A stretch of DNA of 25,605 bases from Jatrophihabitantaceae bacterium (GTDB lineage: Bacteria; Actinomycetota; Actinomycetes; Mycobacteriales; Jatrophihabitantaceae). The stretch lies in contig JBDTGE010000056.1 of NCBI GenBank assembly GCA_039937575.1, forward strand, positions 1-25,605, in the 5' to 3' direction. Shown piece by piece: positions 1 to 9,423 of the stretch. Position numbers and translations under genes: made by a program. Position 1 is the stretch's first letter, and each line of letters opens with the position of its first letter. The notes under the pieces are model-generated. The model searched no databases, was not told the origin of the DNA, and saw nothing but the letters and a program-made list of their open reading frames with translations.

Positions 1-2890
1 ATTCCTGGTACTGGATCTGAGTCTGCCAGTTCTGTCCGTCCTGACCGATCAGGCTGTTGCCGCCGTGATACGAGACCGCGATCTGCGGTGTGCCGAGCAC
101 GCCGGCCGACACGAAGTTGGCGCTGAACTGGCTCGCGCTGGTATCCAGAGTAGGCACCGGGATGCTCACCGACCCGGCCGAGGAGTGCGAGGGGTTGCCG
201 CCGAAGTAGGCCGGAGATCGTCTCGTGGAGCCGTCCTCGACCAGTTGGACGGTTAGCCGGCAGCCGCCGTTGTAGTTGGCGCGCGCGATCGGGAAGCTCA
301 GGCTGGCCGCGGCGGGGTCGAAGTTGGACTGGTTCAGATCCAGGTGGGTGTTGCCGCAGTCGAGGCCGCTGTTGGTCAGGTCGAACGTCTCACCGCGCGC
401 GTCCGCGCTGCTCAGACCGCCGATCTTGACGCTCAGGGTGCCGTTCGACGCGTCGGTCGGTACGAAACTCGCGTCGACGGCGAGCGTCGGCCAGTTGGCG
501 ACCGCGGCGTCGACGGGGGCGAGCGGCAGCGGCACCGATGCGGTCGGGTGCTTGGGCGGGCTGACGGTGACCCGCACCGAGTAGGACTGGCCAGGTTCGA
601 TACCGCCGAGGGACACGCTGGTGGCACTGGTCGGGCCCTTGGTCGCGACGGTCGAGTTGCCGGACATGAGCTGGTAGGTGAGCTGACCGCCCACGCCACC
701 CAGAGCGACGTTCTGATCGCCGGTGAAGGACACGGTCACGTTCGTGCTGCTCGTGCCTTGAACCCCCGTCGCCGGCGGAGTGCTGGCCACGACGTGGATG
801 TTGCCCGGGGTCGGGCGGGCCCAGCTGTAGGCGCACGCGCTGGCGGCCGAGACCGTCCCGGTCGTGCCCTGAACGCCCAGGCCGGCGACCTGGAAGCCCA
901 GACCGCGACCGAGCAGAGTGGGATTGCCCTTGTAGACCATGGAGAAGCTGTGCGTCGTCGGGTCGCCGACGACCTGTGCGTTCGCGGGCGCGTTGACCAG
1001 GCCGCCCGCGTTGTCGCACAGCTGGGGGATGACCGTCCAGTTGGCCGCCGGGACGCACCCGTTCTGCACGCCGCCGCACGAGTTCCACGTCACGGTCCAG
1101 TTGCCCTGATCGTCCGGAACCGCGCGCACGTTGGTCGGGGCGGCCGGCCCCTCGATGCTGGTGCGGACCGGCAGCGCCGCCGACGGCGTGCCCGCGCCGT
1201 TGATGTACGCGGTGACCACGATGCTGTACTGCGTGTCCGGGAACAGCCCGACCAGGTTCACGCCGGTCTGGCCCTGCACGGTGACGGTCTGGGGTGGCGG
1301 GGGCGCGTTGCCGCTCAGCAGCCTGACGGTCACGGTGTAGGTCGACGGGGCGCAGTCCTGCCGGTCCAGCAGCGGGTAGGTCCACTGCAGCTGCACCGAG
1401 CGTGAGCCGCGGTCGACGAGCGCGACGGTGGGGATATGCGGGATCTGCTTGACGGTCTGGCAGTCGATCTTGTCGGTGACCTGCTGCGCGGGATCGACGC
1501 GCGTCTTCGGCGGCCCCTTCGTCGGGTTCTTCGACGGGTTGGCGTGCAGGTTGGCTAGCGCGGCGGCGGCGCCGTTCGCGGTAGCGTCGACGGCTGCGTC
1601 CTTGCGGTTGACGACCGGTTTGCGGCTCCCGTCGGTGAAGACGGTGACGGACTGCAGCCGCGCTCGCGAGTTGAAGATGACCCGGGCCCCGTTGGCGATC
1701 ACCTGGGTCTGGGAGAAGTCCGAGGTCTCACCGTCGATGATCGGGTACGTGCCGACGTCCGGGACGGACGAGGCGACGGCGCCCTCGTCGATCCGCCACA
1801 GCGCGCCGCTCTTGGTGTCGGCCGTGTACAGCGACCCGTTGCTCTGCGCCGGGTCGGCGAGCGGAGCGGTGGCGTCGATGCCCTTGAGTTGCTGCACGCC
1901 CGCGCGGCCCGTGCCGTCGACCGGTGTCCGCACCACGGTCCAGCCGGCGGACGAGTGGTACAGGAAGGCGAAGCCGCCCTGCTGGCTGGTCACCGGCAGG
2001 ATCGAGTCGACGTCGGACGGGAGGTTGACCGACACGGTGTGCGAACCGCCCGTGGGCTCGAAGAGCTCGATCGCGGTGGCCGACGCGGCCGCGACGACGT
2101 CGCCGCCCGATCCGTCCGTCTTGGCCGTGCTCACGCTTATCGCCGACTGCCCCTTCACCGAACCGTGATCGGTCACCGTCAGGCCGACGCCCGGGTTGCT
2201 CCCCCTGGGCACCGTCAACTGGCGGATGGTGCGGGAGTTGCCACTGCCGACCAGCATCCACAGATCGCTGTTGGCGGTGACCGTCGACCGGCTGACGTCC
2301 TGCACGGTGTCGGTCATGCCGATCGACGCGCGAGGCCGCACGGCCCCGCCGCCGATCGCCGAGGTCACCGTCGACAGGCTGACCAGGTACACCGACGTAT
2401 CGGACGCACCGGTGCGAACGATGTACGCCGACCCGCCTGAGGCCAGCCCGATCGAGGTTGTCGTCTCGGATGTCGTGCCCACCGACACGCCCCCGCCGGG
2501 CTTGGCGACGATGCCGCTGCCGTCGACCATGTTGAACTCACCGGTCAGCGGGTCCAGCAGGAGGGTCCCGCCGGCCAGCGGGACGACGTCGACGTCGCTC
2601 GGCTGCTTGGCGTTGACCTGCTGGTAGGCGTCCGGCAGCCGGACCGCGGGCCGGCCGCTGGCCAGGTCGATGGAGACCGGAGCGGTGTTGTCGTTGATGA
2701 ACACCGAGCCGTAGAACAGGTCGAACGCGCGGGCCTTGCTCGGTTTGACGGTGAATGAGGCGACGGCGATCGCGGCCGCGACCAGGACCAGGGCGCTGAC
2801 CAGGGCGACCGCCTGGCGCCGGCTGGGCGTGCTGGAGGTGAGCGGCGTGGCGGCGGGGCGGAAGGCAGCCTGCTGCCGTCGTCCAGCCAC
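1..2890 (-). CDS. Large membrane-anchored/secreted fibronectin type III domain protein, 3' end outside window (>=963 aa)
   Basis: My minus-strand translation is open from GTG 2890 (GGAGG 7 nt upstream) to base 2. N-terminal hydrophobic segment AVALVSALVLVAAAIAVASF; FN3-like segments (SVQLQWTYP...VGLFPDTQYSIVVTAY; PAAPTNVRAVPDDQGNWTVTWN; LGGIEPGQSYSVRVTV). Missing from the ORF track, presumably because no stop lies in the window. Confidence 0.85.
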   Translation of the reverse strand, partial: MAGRRQQAAFRPAATPLTSSTPSRRQAVALVSALVLVAAAIAVASFTVKPSKARAFDLFYGSVFINDNTAPVSIDLASGRPAVRLPDAYQQVNAKQPSDVDVVPLAGGTLLLDPLTGEFNMVDGSGIVAKPGGGVSVGTTSETTTSIGLASGGSAYIVRTGASDTSVYLVSLSTVTSAIGGGAVRPRASIGMTDTVQDVSRSTVTANSDLWMLVGSGNSRTIRQLTVPRGSNPGVGLTVTDHGSVKGQSAISVSTAKTDGSGGDVVAAASATAIELFEPTGGSHTVSVNLPSDVDSILPVTSQQGGFAFLYHSSAGWTVVRTPVDGTGRAGVQQLKGIDATAPLADPAQSNGSLYTADTKSGALWRIDEGAVASSVPDVGTYPIIDGETSDFSQTQVIANGARVIFNSRARLQSVTVFTDGSRKPVVNRKDAAVDATANGAAAALANLHANPSKNPTKGPPKTRVDPAQQVTDKIDCQTVKQIPHIPTVALVDRGSRSVQLQWTYPLLDRQDCAPSTYTVTVRLLSGNAPPPPQTVTVQGQTGVNLVGLFPDTQYSIVVTAYINGAGTPSAALPVRTSIEGPAAPTNVRAVPDDQGNWTVTWNSCGGVQNGCVPAANWTVIPQLCDNAGGLVNAPANAQVVGDPTTHSFSMVYKGNPTLLGRGLGFQVAGLGVQGTTGTVSAASACAYSWARPTPGNIHVVASTPPATGVQGTSSTNVTVSFTGDQNVALGGVGGQLTYQLMSGNSTVATKGPTSATSVSLGGIEPGQSYSVRVTVSPPKHPTASVPLPLAPVDAAVANWPTLAVDASFVPTDASNGTLSVKIGGLSSADARGETFDLTNSGLDCGNTHLDLNQSNFDPAAASLSFPIARANYNGGCRLTVQLVEDGSTRRSPAYFGGNPSHSSAGSVSIPVPTLDTSASQFSANFVSAGVLGTPQIAVSYHGGNSLIGQDGQNWQTQIQYQE

Positions 2891-3139
2891 CGTCGCTCCT
2901 CCGCCTCGGCGACCGGTATCGCGGGGAGCCCGGCCGACAACTTGTCCGAAAACCAACACCGGACATACACCGCATCACAGGGTAACCGACAACGGCGGCC
3001 TGAGAGTTGTACCTGGGGTGGCGCCCGGTGCGCCGTTGGTGGGAGCCGGTGACTATCCTGCTGAAGTCGGGTGATCGCGTCGATTCATGACGGCGCGGCG
3101 CCCGCAGGAGATGTCCGATCCCGACAGGGAGGCACCACC

Positions 3140-4948
3140 GTGACCACGACCGTTGAGCCCGCCGCGGCTGCACCAGGTCCGATCGAGCCTTCGACGATCG
3201 TTGCCCGGCCGTTCCCGGTGCACGAGGTCAGCAAGGGCTCGATGTTCAGCCAGGTGCTGCGCACGACCGACCACAAGCTCATCGGCCGGATGTACATGGT
3301 GACTTCGCTGCTGTTCTTCGCGGTCGGCGGCATCCTCGCCCTGCTCATGCGCACCGAGCTGGCCCGTCCGGGCATGCAGTTCCTCTCGCCCGAGCAGTAC
3401 AACCAGCTGTTCACGATGCACGGCACCGTCATGCTGCTGTTCTTCGCGACCCCGATCGTCTTCGCCTTCGCCAACCTGGTGCTGCCGCTGCAGATCGGCT
3501 CGCCCGACGTCGCCTTCCCCCGCCTGAACGCCTTCTCGTACTGGCTGTTCCTGTTCGGCGCGCTGACGGCCCTGTCCGGCTTCTTCACCCCGGGTGGCGC
3601 GGCCGACGCCGGCTGGACCCTGTACGCCCCGCTCAACAGCGAGATCAACTCACCGGGCGCCGGCACCGACCTGTGGATCATCGGCCTGGCGATCGCCGGC
3701 CTCGGTACGATTCTCGGCGCGGTGAACATGGTCACCACGGTGATCACGCTGCGCGCGCCGGGCATGACGATGTTCCGCCTGCCGATCTTCACCTGGAACA
3801 TCCTGGTCACCAGCCTGCTGATCCTGCTTGCGTTCCCGATCCTGACCTCGGCGCTGCTCGTGCTGTGGGTCGACCGGCACATGGGCGCCCAGGTGTTCGA
3901 CGCCAACAACGGTGGAGCCATGCTCTGGCAGCACCTGTTCTGGTTCTTCGGCCACCCCGAGGTCTACATCATCGCGCTGCCGTTCTTCGGCATCGTCACC
4001 GAAGTCATCCCGGTGTTCAGCCGCAAGCCGCTGTTCGGCTACAAGGGCATGGTGCTGGCGACGATGTCGATCGCCGCGCTGTCGCTGACGGTGTGGGCGC
4101 ACCACATGTTCACCACCGGCGCGGTCCTGCTGCCGTTCTTCTCGGTGATGACGTTCCTGATTGCGATCCCGACCGGCATGAAGTTCTTCAACTGGATCGG
4201 TTCGATGTGGCGGGGCGCCGTCACCTTCGAGACGCCGATGCTGTTTTCGGTCGGCTTCATGGTCACGTTCCTGTTCGGCGGCCTCACCGGTGTTCTGCTG
4301 GCCAGCCCGCCGGTCGACTTCCACGTGTCCGACTCGTACTTCGTCGTCGCCCACTTCCACTACGTGCTGTTCGGCACCATCGTGTTCGCGGTGTACTCGG
4401 GCTTCTACTTCTGGTTCCCGAAGTTCACCGGCCGGTTCATGGACGAGAAGCTGGGCAAGGTGCACTTCTGGCTGACGTTCATCGGCTTCCACCTGACCTT
4501 CCTCGTCCAGCACTGGCTGGGGGCCACGGGCATGCCGCGCCGGGTTCCCGACTACCTGCCGACCGACGGCTTCACGACGTTGAACACGGTCTCGACGATC
4601 GGCTCGTTCGTGCTCGGCGCGTCGATGATCCCGTTCTTCTGGAACGCCTACCACTCCTACCGGTTCGGTGAGATCGTCACGTCGGACGACCCGTGGGGCC
4701 ACGGCAACTCGCTCGAATGGGCTACGTCCTCCCCACCGCCACGGCACAACTTCACCTCGATCCCGCGCATCCGCTCCGAGCGCCCGGCGTTCGAGTACCA
4801 CTACCCGCACCTGCTTGATCAGCTGGCGGCCGAGGCCCACGGGGGCCGTAAGCACACACGGCATCAGCCCGTGCCGGTGCTGGCCGGTGCGACCGTCGGC
4901 GGCGCCGGCGTGCGTCAGGGTGTTGACGACCCCGACCCGGGTAGCTGA
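3140..4948 (+). CDS. ctaD: Cytochrome c oxidase (aa3-type) subunit I
   Basis: [46 protein letters not shown] motifs. Start moved to GTG 3140, which follows a GGGAGG RBS. Confidence 0.97.
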   Translation: MTTTVEPAAAAPGPIEPSTIVARPFPVHEVSKGSMFSQVLRTTDHKLIGRMYMVTSLLFFAVGGILALLMRTELARPGMQFLSPEQYNQLFTMHGTVMLLFFATPIVFAFANLVLPLQIGSPDVAFPRLNAFSYWLFLFGALTALSGFFTPGGAADAGWTLYAPLNSEINSPGAGTDLWIIGLAIAGLGTILGAVNMVTTVITLRAPGMTMFRLPIFTWNILVTSLLILLAFPILTSALLVLWVDRHMGAQVFDANNGGAMLWQHLFWFFGHPEVYIIALPFFGIVTEVIPVFSRKPLFGYKGMVLATMSIAALSLTVWAHHMFTTGAVLLPFFSVMTFLIAIPTGMKFFNWIGSMWRGAVTFETPMLFSVGFMVTFLFGGLTGVLLASPPVDFHVSDSYFVVAHFHYVLFGTIVFAVYSGFYFWFPKFTGRFMDEKLGKVHFWLTFIGFHLTFLVQHWLGATGMPRRVPDYLPTDGFTTLNTVSTIGSFVLGASMIPFFWNAYHSYRFGEIVTSDDPWGHGNSLEWATSSPPPRHNFTSIPRIRSERPAFEYHYPHLLDQLAAEAHGGRKHTRHQPVPVLAGATVGGAGVRQGVDDPDPGS

Positions 4949-4994
4949 CCGGACGTCGGCGGCGCAGCGTGCCGCCGGACTCCACTGAACTGCG

Positions 4995-6182
4995 ATGAAA
5001 CCGATCTCCGTTCTCGCGACGCTGTCCGGACGTGATCGCCCCGGGGTCACCGCGGCGTTCTTCAGCGCCCTGGCCGCGCATGACGTGGACGTGCGGGACG
5101 TCGAGCAGGTCGTCATCCGCGATCGCATGGTGCTCGCCGTGCTGCTCGACCTGCAGGGCGATCCGTCCGCCCTGCGCTCGTCGGTCACCCGCGCCGCCGA
5201 GGCCCTGGGCATGGACTGCGAGGTCGTCGTCGCCGATGACGGCCGGACGGCTCGGCGTACCGCCGGGCGCTCGCGCAGCCACGTGATCGTGCTCGGTCAT
5301 CCGTTGCGGCCGGGCGTGCTGAGCAGCGTGACCCAGCGCATCGCCGATCTCGGCGCCAACATCGACTCCATCTCGCAGCTGTCGACCGAGCCGGCCTCGG
5401 CCGTGGAGATGCTCGTCAGTAGCGACGATCCGGCCGAGCTGCGGGCCGCGCTCGTCCAGGCCGCCGACGAGACCGGCGTGGACATCGCCGTCGAGCCCGC
5501 CGGGTTGCGGCGGCGGGCGAAACGGCTCGTCGTGCTTGACGTCGACTCGACCCTGATCCGGGACGAGGGCATCGACGTGCTGGCCGCGCGGGCCGGGGTA
5601 GGACGCCGGGTCGCGGAGGTGACCGCGCGCGCGATGGCCGGCGAGCTCGACTTCGCCGACTCGCTGCGCGAGCGGGTCGGACTGCTCGCCGGGCTGCCGA
5701 TGGGCGAGGTCCACGCTGCTCGCGACGCGCTGCGACTGACCCCGGGTGCACGTACGTTCGTCCGAACCCTGCGGCGGCTGGGCTTTCACGTCGGCGTCGT
5801 CAGCGGCGGATTCACGGTGTTCACCGACCGGTTCGTCGACGAGCTCGACCTGGACTTCGCGGCGGCGAACGAGCTCGAAGTGGCCGACGGCACCCTGACC
5901 GGGCGCATCGTCGGACCGGTCGTCGACCGGGCCGGCAAGGCCCGCGCGCTGGAGCGCTTCGCCGAACAGTTCGGCGTGCCGCTCTCGCAGACCGTGGCGG
6001 TCGGTGACGGCACGAACGACATCGACATGCTCGAGGCCGCGGGACTTGGCATCGCGTTCAACGCCAAGGCGGCACTGCGCGCGGCCGCCGACACGTCGGT
6101 GAACCTGCCCTACCTGGACAGCGTGCTGTTCATCCTGGGGATCTCGGGCGAGGAGATCGAGGAGGCGTCGGGCACCGCGTAG
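4995..6182 (+). CDS. serB: Phosphoserine phosphatase with two N-terminal ACT domains and a HAD domain
   Basis: N-terminal GRDRPGVT (ACT), DVDSTLI (HAD motif I), VSGGF, VGDGTND; same ctaD-serB2 adjacency as in mycobacteria. Confidence 0.95.
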   Translation: MKPISVLATLSGRDRPGVTAAFFSALAAHDVDVRDVEQVVIRDRMVLAVLLDLQGDPSALRSSVTRAAEALGMDCEVVVADDGRTARRTAGRSRSHVIVLGHPLRPGVLSSVTQRIADLGANIDSISQLSTEPASAVEMLVSSDDPAELRAALVQAADETGVDIAVEPAGLRRRAKRLVVLDVDSTLIRDEGIDVLAARAGVGRRVAEVTARAMAGELDFADSLRERVGLLAGLPMGEVHAARDALRLTPGARTFVRTLRRLGFHVGVVSGGFTVFTDRFVDELDLDFAAANELEVADGTLTGRIVGPVVDRAGKARALERFAEQFGVPLSQTVAVGDGTNDIDMLEAAGLGIAFNAKAALRAAADTSVNLPYLDSVLFILGISGEEIEEASGTA

Positions 6183-6186
6183 GCGC

Positions 6187-6846
6187 TCACTTCGCCCGGC
6201 GAGGCCCGATCAGCGCGCCGACCGCGACCAGCACGAACCCGGCGAGGCTGAGGTAGACGCCGAGCCGGGAGTGCTTCAGGTACTCGGTGTAGCTCGGCGC
6301 ACCCGCCGTACCGCGCTTGACGAGGTCGATCGCCACAAGGGTGAGCACGATCCCGGCCAACGCGGTCAGTGCGCTGATCGCCTTGAACAGAGCCGATGTC
6401 GCGCCCGGCGCGCAGGCGATGATCGCGGCGATCACCGCCACCGCGAACAGGGCCCAGCCGAGCCAGGAGAAGTAGGCGCTGGACAGGCTGTTGGCCGCGT
6501 GGACGGCGTTCAGCTTCTTGAGCGCGGCGTGGATGTCGCTGAAGTGCGACGGGCCGTCGCCGATGGCGTGGGTGAACCAGTCGACCGCCGTGAATGCGAC
6601 GCCGATCGCGATCGCACCTAGGACCGCCACGGCAGCACCGACCGCGCCGAAGGTATAGCTCGGCCCCGGGTCCAGCTTGGCGAACCGGGTGGTCATCGGG
6701 CCCATCGGCGACTGCGCGTGTTGGGGCTGGCCGTACTGGGGCTGGCCGTACTGGGGCTGCCCGTACTGGGGCTGGGCGTAGCCGCCCGGGCCGGTCGATC
6801 GGTCAGATGGCGGCTGGCCCCACTCGGGCGGCGTCGGTCCGGTCAT
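6187..6846 (-). CDS. Uncharacterised ~4-TM membrane protein with a Pro/Gln-rich N-terminus (219 aa)
   Basis: Real start is probably ATG 6846 (MTGPTPPEWGQ), with TACGGT -10-like hexamer 7 nt upstream; the longer track ORF overlaps pncA. Hydrophobic segments; homologous to 8836..9363. Confidence 0.8.
   Translation of the reverse strand: MTGPTPPEWGQPPSDRSTGPGGYAQPQYGQPQYGQPQYGQPQHAQSPMGPMTTRFAKLDPGPSYTFGAVGAAVAVLGAIAIGVAFTAVDWFTHAIGDGPSHFSDIHAALKKLNAVHAANSLSSAYFSWLGWALFAVAVIAAIIACAPGATSALFKAISALTALAGIVLTLVAIDLVKRGTAGAPSYTEYLKHSRLGVYLSLAGFVLVAVGALIGPRRAK
6721..6780. repeat. 15-bp coding tandem repeat x4 (yTGGGGCTGsscGTA), encoding QPQYG/QPQ units
   Basis: Units at 6721-6735, 6736-6750, 6751-6765 and 6766-6780, read directly. 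Confidence 0.9.
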
Positions 6847-6904
6847 GCCCGGAACCGTACTGAGATTCGGGGCCGAGCGACAGGCGACGGCGTGGCGGCC
6901 ACCG

Positions 6905-7474
6905 TCAGCCGCGGACGATCGGCTCGCCCCGCAGCCGGACGCCGTGCGCGCGCAGGTCGGCCAGGGCCGAGGCGACGGTCGTCGCCGCAACCCCGGCGGT
7001 GAGCTCGAGCCGGACCGTGATCGTGAACCCGGCCGCGGCCGCGTCGAGAGCGGTGGCTCGCACACAGTGGTCGGTCGCGATGCCGAGCACCTCGACCGTG
7101 TCGACGTGACGCGCGCGCAGCCAGTCGCCCAGCCCGACCCCGTCCGAGTCGCCCTCGAATCCGGAGTAGGCGGCGGCGTGCTCGCCCTTGTCGAAGACGG
7201 CCTCGAGGTGGGTGCGGTCCAGCTCGGGGTGCAGCTCGACCCCGCTCGTGCCGACGACACAGTGCACCGGCCACGAGTCGGTGAAGTCCGGCGCGGCCGA
7301 GAAGTGCGCACCGGGGTCGATGTGGTGATCGCGCGTCGCGACCGCGTGGTCGTACCCACCGGCGGCCAGGCGGGCGCTGATCGCGCGGGCGACGTCGGTC
7401 CCGCCCCCGACGGCCAGGGAACCGCCCTCGCAGAAGTCGTTCTGGACGTCCACCACGATCACCGCGCTTCTCAT
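6905..7474 (-). CDS. pncA: Nicotinamidase/pyrazinamidase (isochorismatase fold)
   Basis: VVDVQNDFCEGGSL, DHHIDPGAHFS, WPVHC, FDKG, GIATDHCV catalytic and metal motifs; adjacent to pncB. Confidence 0.95.
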   Translation of the reverse strand: MRSAVIVVDVQNDFCEGGSLAVGGGTDVARAISARLAAGGYDHAVATRDHHIDPGAHFSAAPDFTDSWPVHCVVGTSGVELHPELDRTHLEAVFDKGEHAAAYSGFEGDSDGVGLGDWLRARHVDTVEVLGIATDHCVRATALDAAAAGFTITVRLELTAGVAATTVASALADLRAHGVRLRGEPIVRG

Positions 7475-7539
7475 GTGACCCCGTTGCCCTGATCGGCATG
7501 GTGGGCGAAGTGGAGGCGAGTGTTTGCTCCGGTGCTCAC
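7471..7539 (-). repeat. Intergenic mini-ORF element, copy A (MSTGANTRLHFAHHADQGNGVT), stop overlapping the pncA start
   Basis: 54/66 aligned nt identical to 18740..18805 with one 3-nt indel; ends GGTCAC-ATGA; TACGGT 6 nt upstream of its GTG. Confidence 0.75.
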
Positions 7540-7558
7540 GTGATCACCGTAGTCACGC

Positions 7559-8839
7559 TCAGGGGGGCGGGACGAGTCGTGTCGAGATCGCCGGGTCGCC
7601 GCGCGAGAGCTTGAGGCCGTCCCAGGGCAGCGTCACCATGGCCGCCCGCAGGTGATCGCGCGACTGGTCCAACGTCGGCCGGTCGTCGACCGGCCGGCCA
7701 CCACGCATGAGCGGGCGCTGGATCAGCCGCTCGAACTCACCGAGTGGCGGGCGGTCGCCGGCCACCACGATCTCCTCGGTCGCCGTCCCGGTCGGCTTGT
7801 GGGCGCGGATCGCCGTCTTGCGGCCGCCGTGACTCTGCTTGTGTTCCGAGCGCTTGGCCACCGGGCGGCCCTCGACCTCGACCAGCTTGTAGACCAGGCC
7901 GGCCGTGGGAGCGCCGGAGCCGACGACGACCGCGGTTCCCGCCCCGTATGCGTCAACCGGCGCGACCGCGAGGGCCGCGATGGCGAACTCGTCCAGGTCG
8001 CCGCTGACGACGATCCGGGTCGACGTCGCGCCGAGGCGGTCCAGCTGCGCGCGGGCGTGCCGGGCCATGACGCCGAGGTCACCGGAGTCGATGCGCACCG
8101 CCCCGAGCTGCGGTCCCGCGACCTCGACCGCCAGCTCGATGCCGTGCGTGATGTCGTACGTGTCCACCAGCAGCGTCGTGCCCGTCCCGAGCGAGGCGAT
8201 CTGGGCCGCGAACGCGGACCGTTCGTCGTCGTGCAGCAGGGTGAACGCGTGTGCGGCGGTGCCCGTCGTCGGGATGCCGTGGCGCACGCTGGCCGCCAGG
8301 TTGGACGTCGCCGCGAACCCGGCCAGGTAGGCGGCGCGGGCCGAGGCGACGGCCGCCTCCTCGTGCGTGCGGCGAGAGCCCATCTCGATGATCGGGCGCC
8401 CGGCCGCGGCGGTGACCATGCGCGCCGCGGCCGAGGCGATCGCCGAGTCGTGGTTGAGGATCGAGAGCGCCACCGTCTCCAGGATGACGGCCTCGGCGAA
8501 CGTGCCGGACACGGTCAGGATCGGGGAGTGCGGGAAGTACAGCTCGCCCTCGGGGTACCCGTCGACGTCGCCGGTGAACCGGTAGCTCGAGAGGTACTGC
8601 GCGCCGGTATCGTCGATGACATCGCCCTTGCGCAGAAAGGCGATCGTCGCCTCGTCGAACGTGAAATCGGTGATCGCGTCCAGCAGACGCCCGGTCCCGG
8701 CGACGACCCCGAAGCGGCGTCCCTCCGGCAGGCGCCGCGCGAACACCTCGAACACGCACTGCCGTTCGGCCGTCCGGTCGCGCAGCGCGGACCCGAGCAT
8801 CGTCAGCTCGTACCGGTCGGTGAACAGCGCAGTGGTCAT
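7559..8839 (-). CDS. pncB: Nicotinate phosphoribosyltransferase
   Basis: TDRYELTM, EMGSRRTH, GTAAHAF, LVDTYD, VRIDSGDL, VYKLVE motifs; divergent from clpS as with Rv1330c/Rv1331. Confidence 0.95.
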   Translation of the reverse strand: MTTALFTDRYELTMLGSALRDRTAERQCVFEVFARRLPEGRRFGVVAGTGRLLDAITDFTFDEATIAFLRKGDVIDDTGAQYLSSYRFTGDVDGYPEGELYFPHSPILTVSGTFAEAVILETVALSILNHDSAIASAAARMVTAAAGRPIIEMGSRRTHEEAAVASARAAYLAGFAATSNLAASVRHGIPTTGTAAHAFTLLHDDERSAFAAQIASLGTGTTLLVDTYDITHGIELAVEVAGPQLGAVRIDSGDLGVMARHARAQLDRLGATSTRIVVSGDLDEFAIAALAVAPVDAYGAGTAVVVGSGAPTAGLVYKLVEVEGRPVAKRSEHKQSHGGRKTAIRAHKPTGTATEEIVVAGDRPPLGEFERLIQRPLMRGGRPVDDRPTLDQSRDHLRAAMVTLPWDGLKLSRGDPAISTRLVPPP

Positions 8840-9363
8840 GGACTGATCGTGTCAAACCCCGGCGGCCGCGGGCCGAGCGCGGCTCCGATGCCGGCGAGCA
8901 GGTAACCGCCCAGCGCGCACCAGATGCCCAGGCTCGCGTTGTCCAGCGCCCCGCTGCCCGTCCCGAACAGGTCGTGCGTGGCCTGTGCGTAGCGCGACAG
9001 CGTGTAGTACGTGAGCGCAGCGCCCGCCAGGCCGAGGAACAGTCCCAGCAGGCGTAGCCCGTTCGACGCCCTGATCGGCAGGTTGGCGGCGAACGCGACG
9101 ATGATCAGCGCGATCAGCAGCGCCCAGGCCAGCCCGCCGAAGTAGGCGACGCTGGCGGACGGTCGGCCCTGCGCGGGGAAGCGGTCCAGGTTGTGGCGCA
9201 GCTCGGAGAAGGTGATCTTGCCGACGCTGTCCCCGGTCGCCTTCGGGGCCGAGTACCACTCGAAGGTGGTGAACGACAGCAGCAGCCCGATCGCGCCGCC
9301 GATCATGAAGACGATCCCGGGCGCGCCGATCCGTCCCCGCGCCGTCCGCTCGTCCGTGCCCAC
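8836..9363 (-). CDS. Uncharacterised ~4-TM membrane protein, paralog of 6187..6846
   Basis: Hydrophobic segments; stop overlaps the pncB ATG (ATGA); TAGGTT 6 nt upstream of GTG 9363; motifs shared with 6187..6846. Confidence 0.8.
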   Translation of the reverse strand: MGTDERTARGRIGAPGIVFMIGGAIGLLLSFTTFEWYSAPKATGDSVGKITFSELRHNLDRFPAQGRPSASVAYFGGLAWALLIALIIVAFAANLPIRASNGLRLLGLFLGLAGAALTYYTLSRYAQATHDLFGTGSGALDNASLGIWCALGGYLLAGIGAALGPRPPGFDTISP

Positions 9364-9423
9364 GTCGCGAACCTAACCGACGCGGCGCCGTCGCGCGCGA
9401 GCGGTCGTGACACGATGGCGGGT

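Noticed and set aside
3140-6182. ctaD separated from other oxidase subunits and joined to serB
   Set aside because: This is the standard actinobacterial arrangement (ctaD next to serB2).
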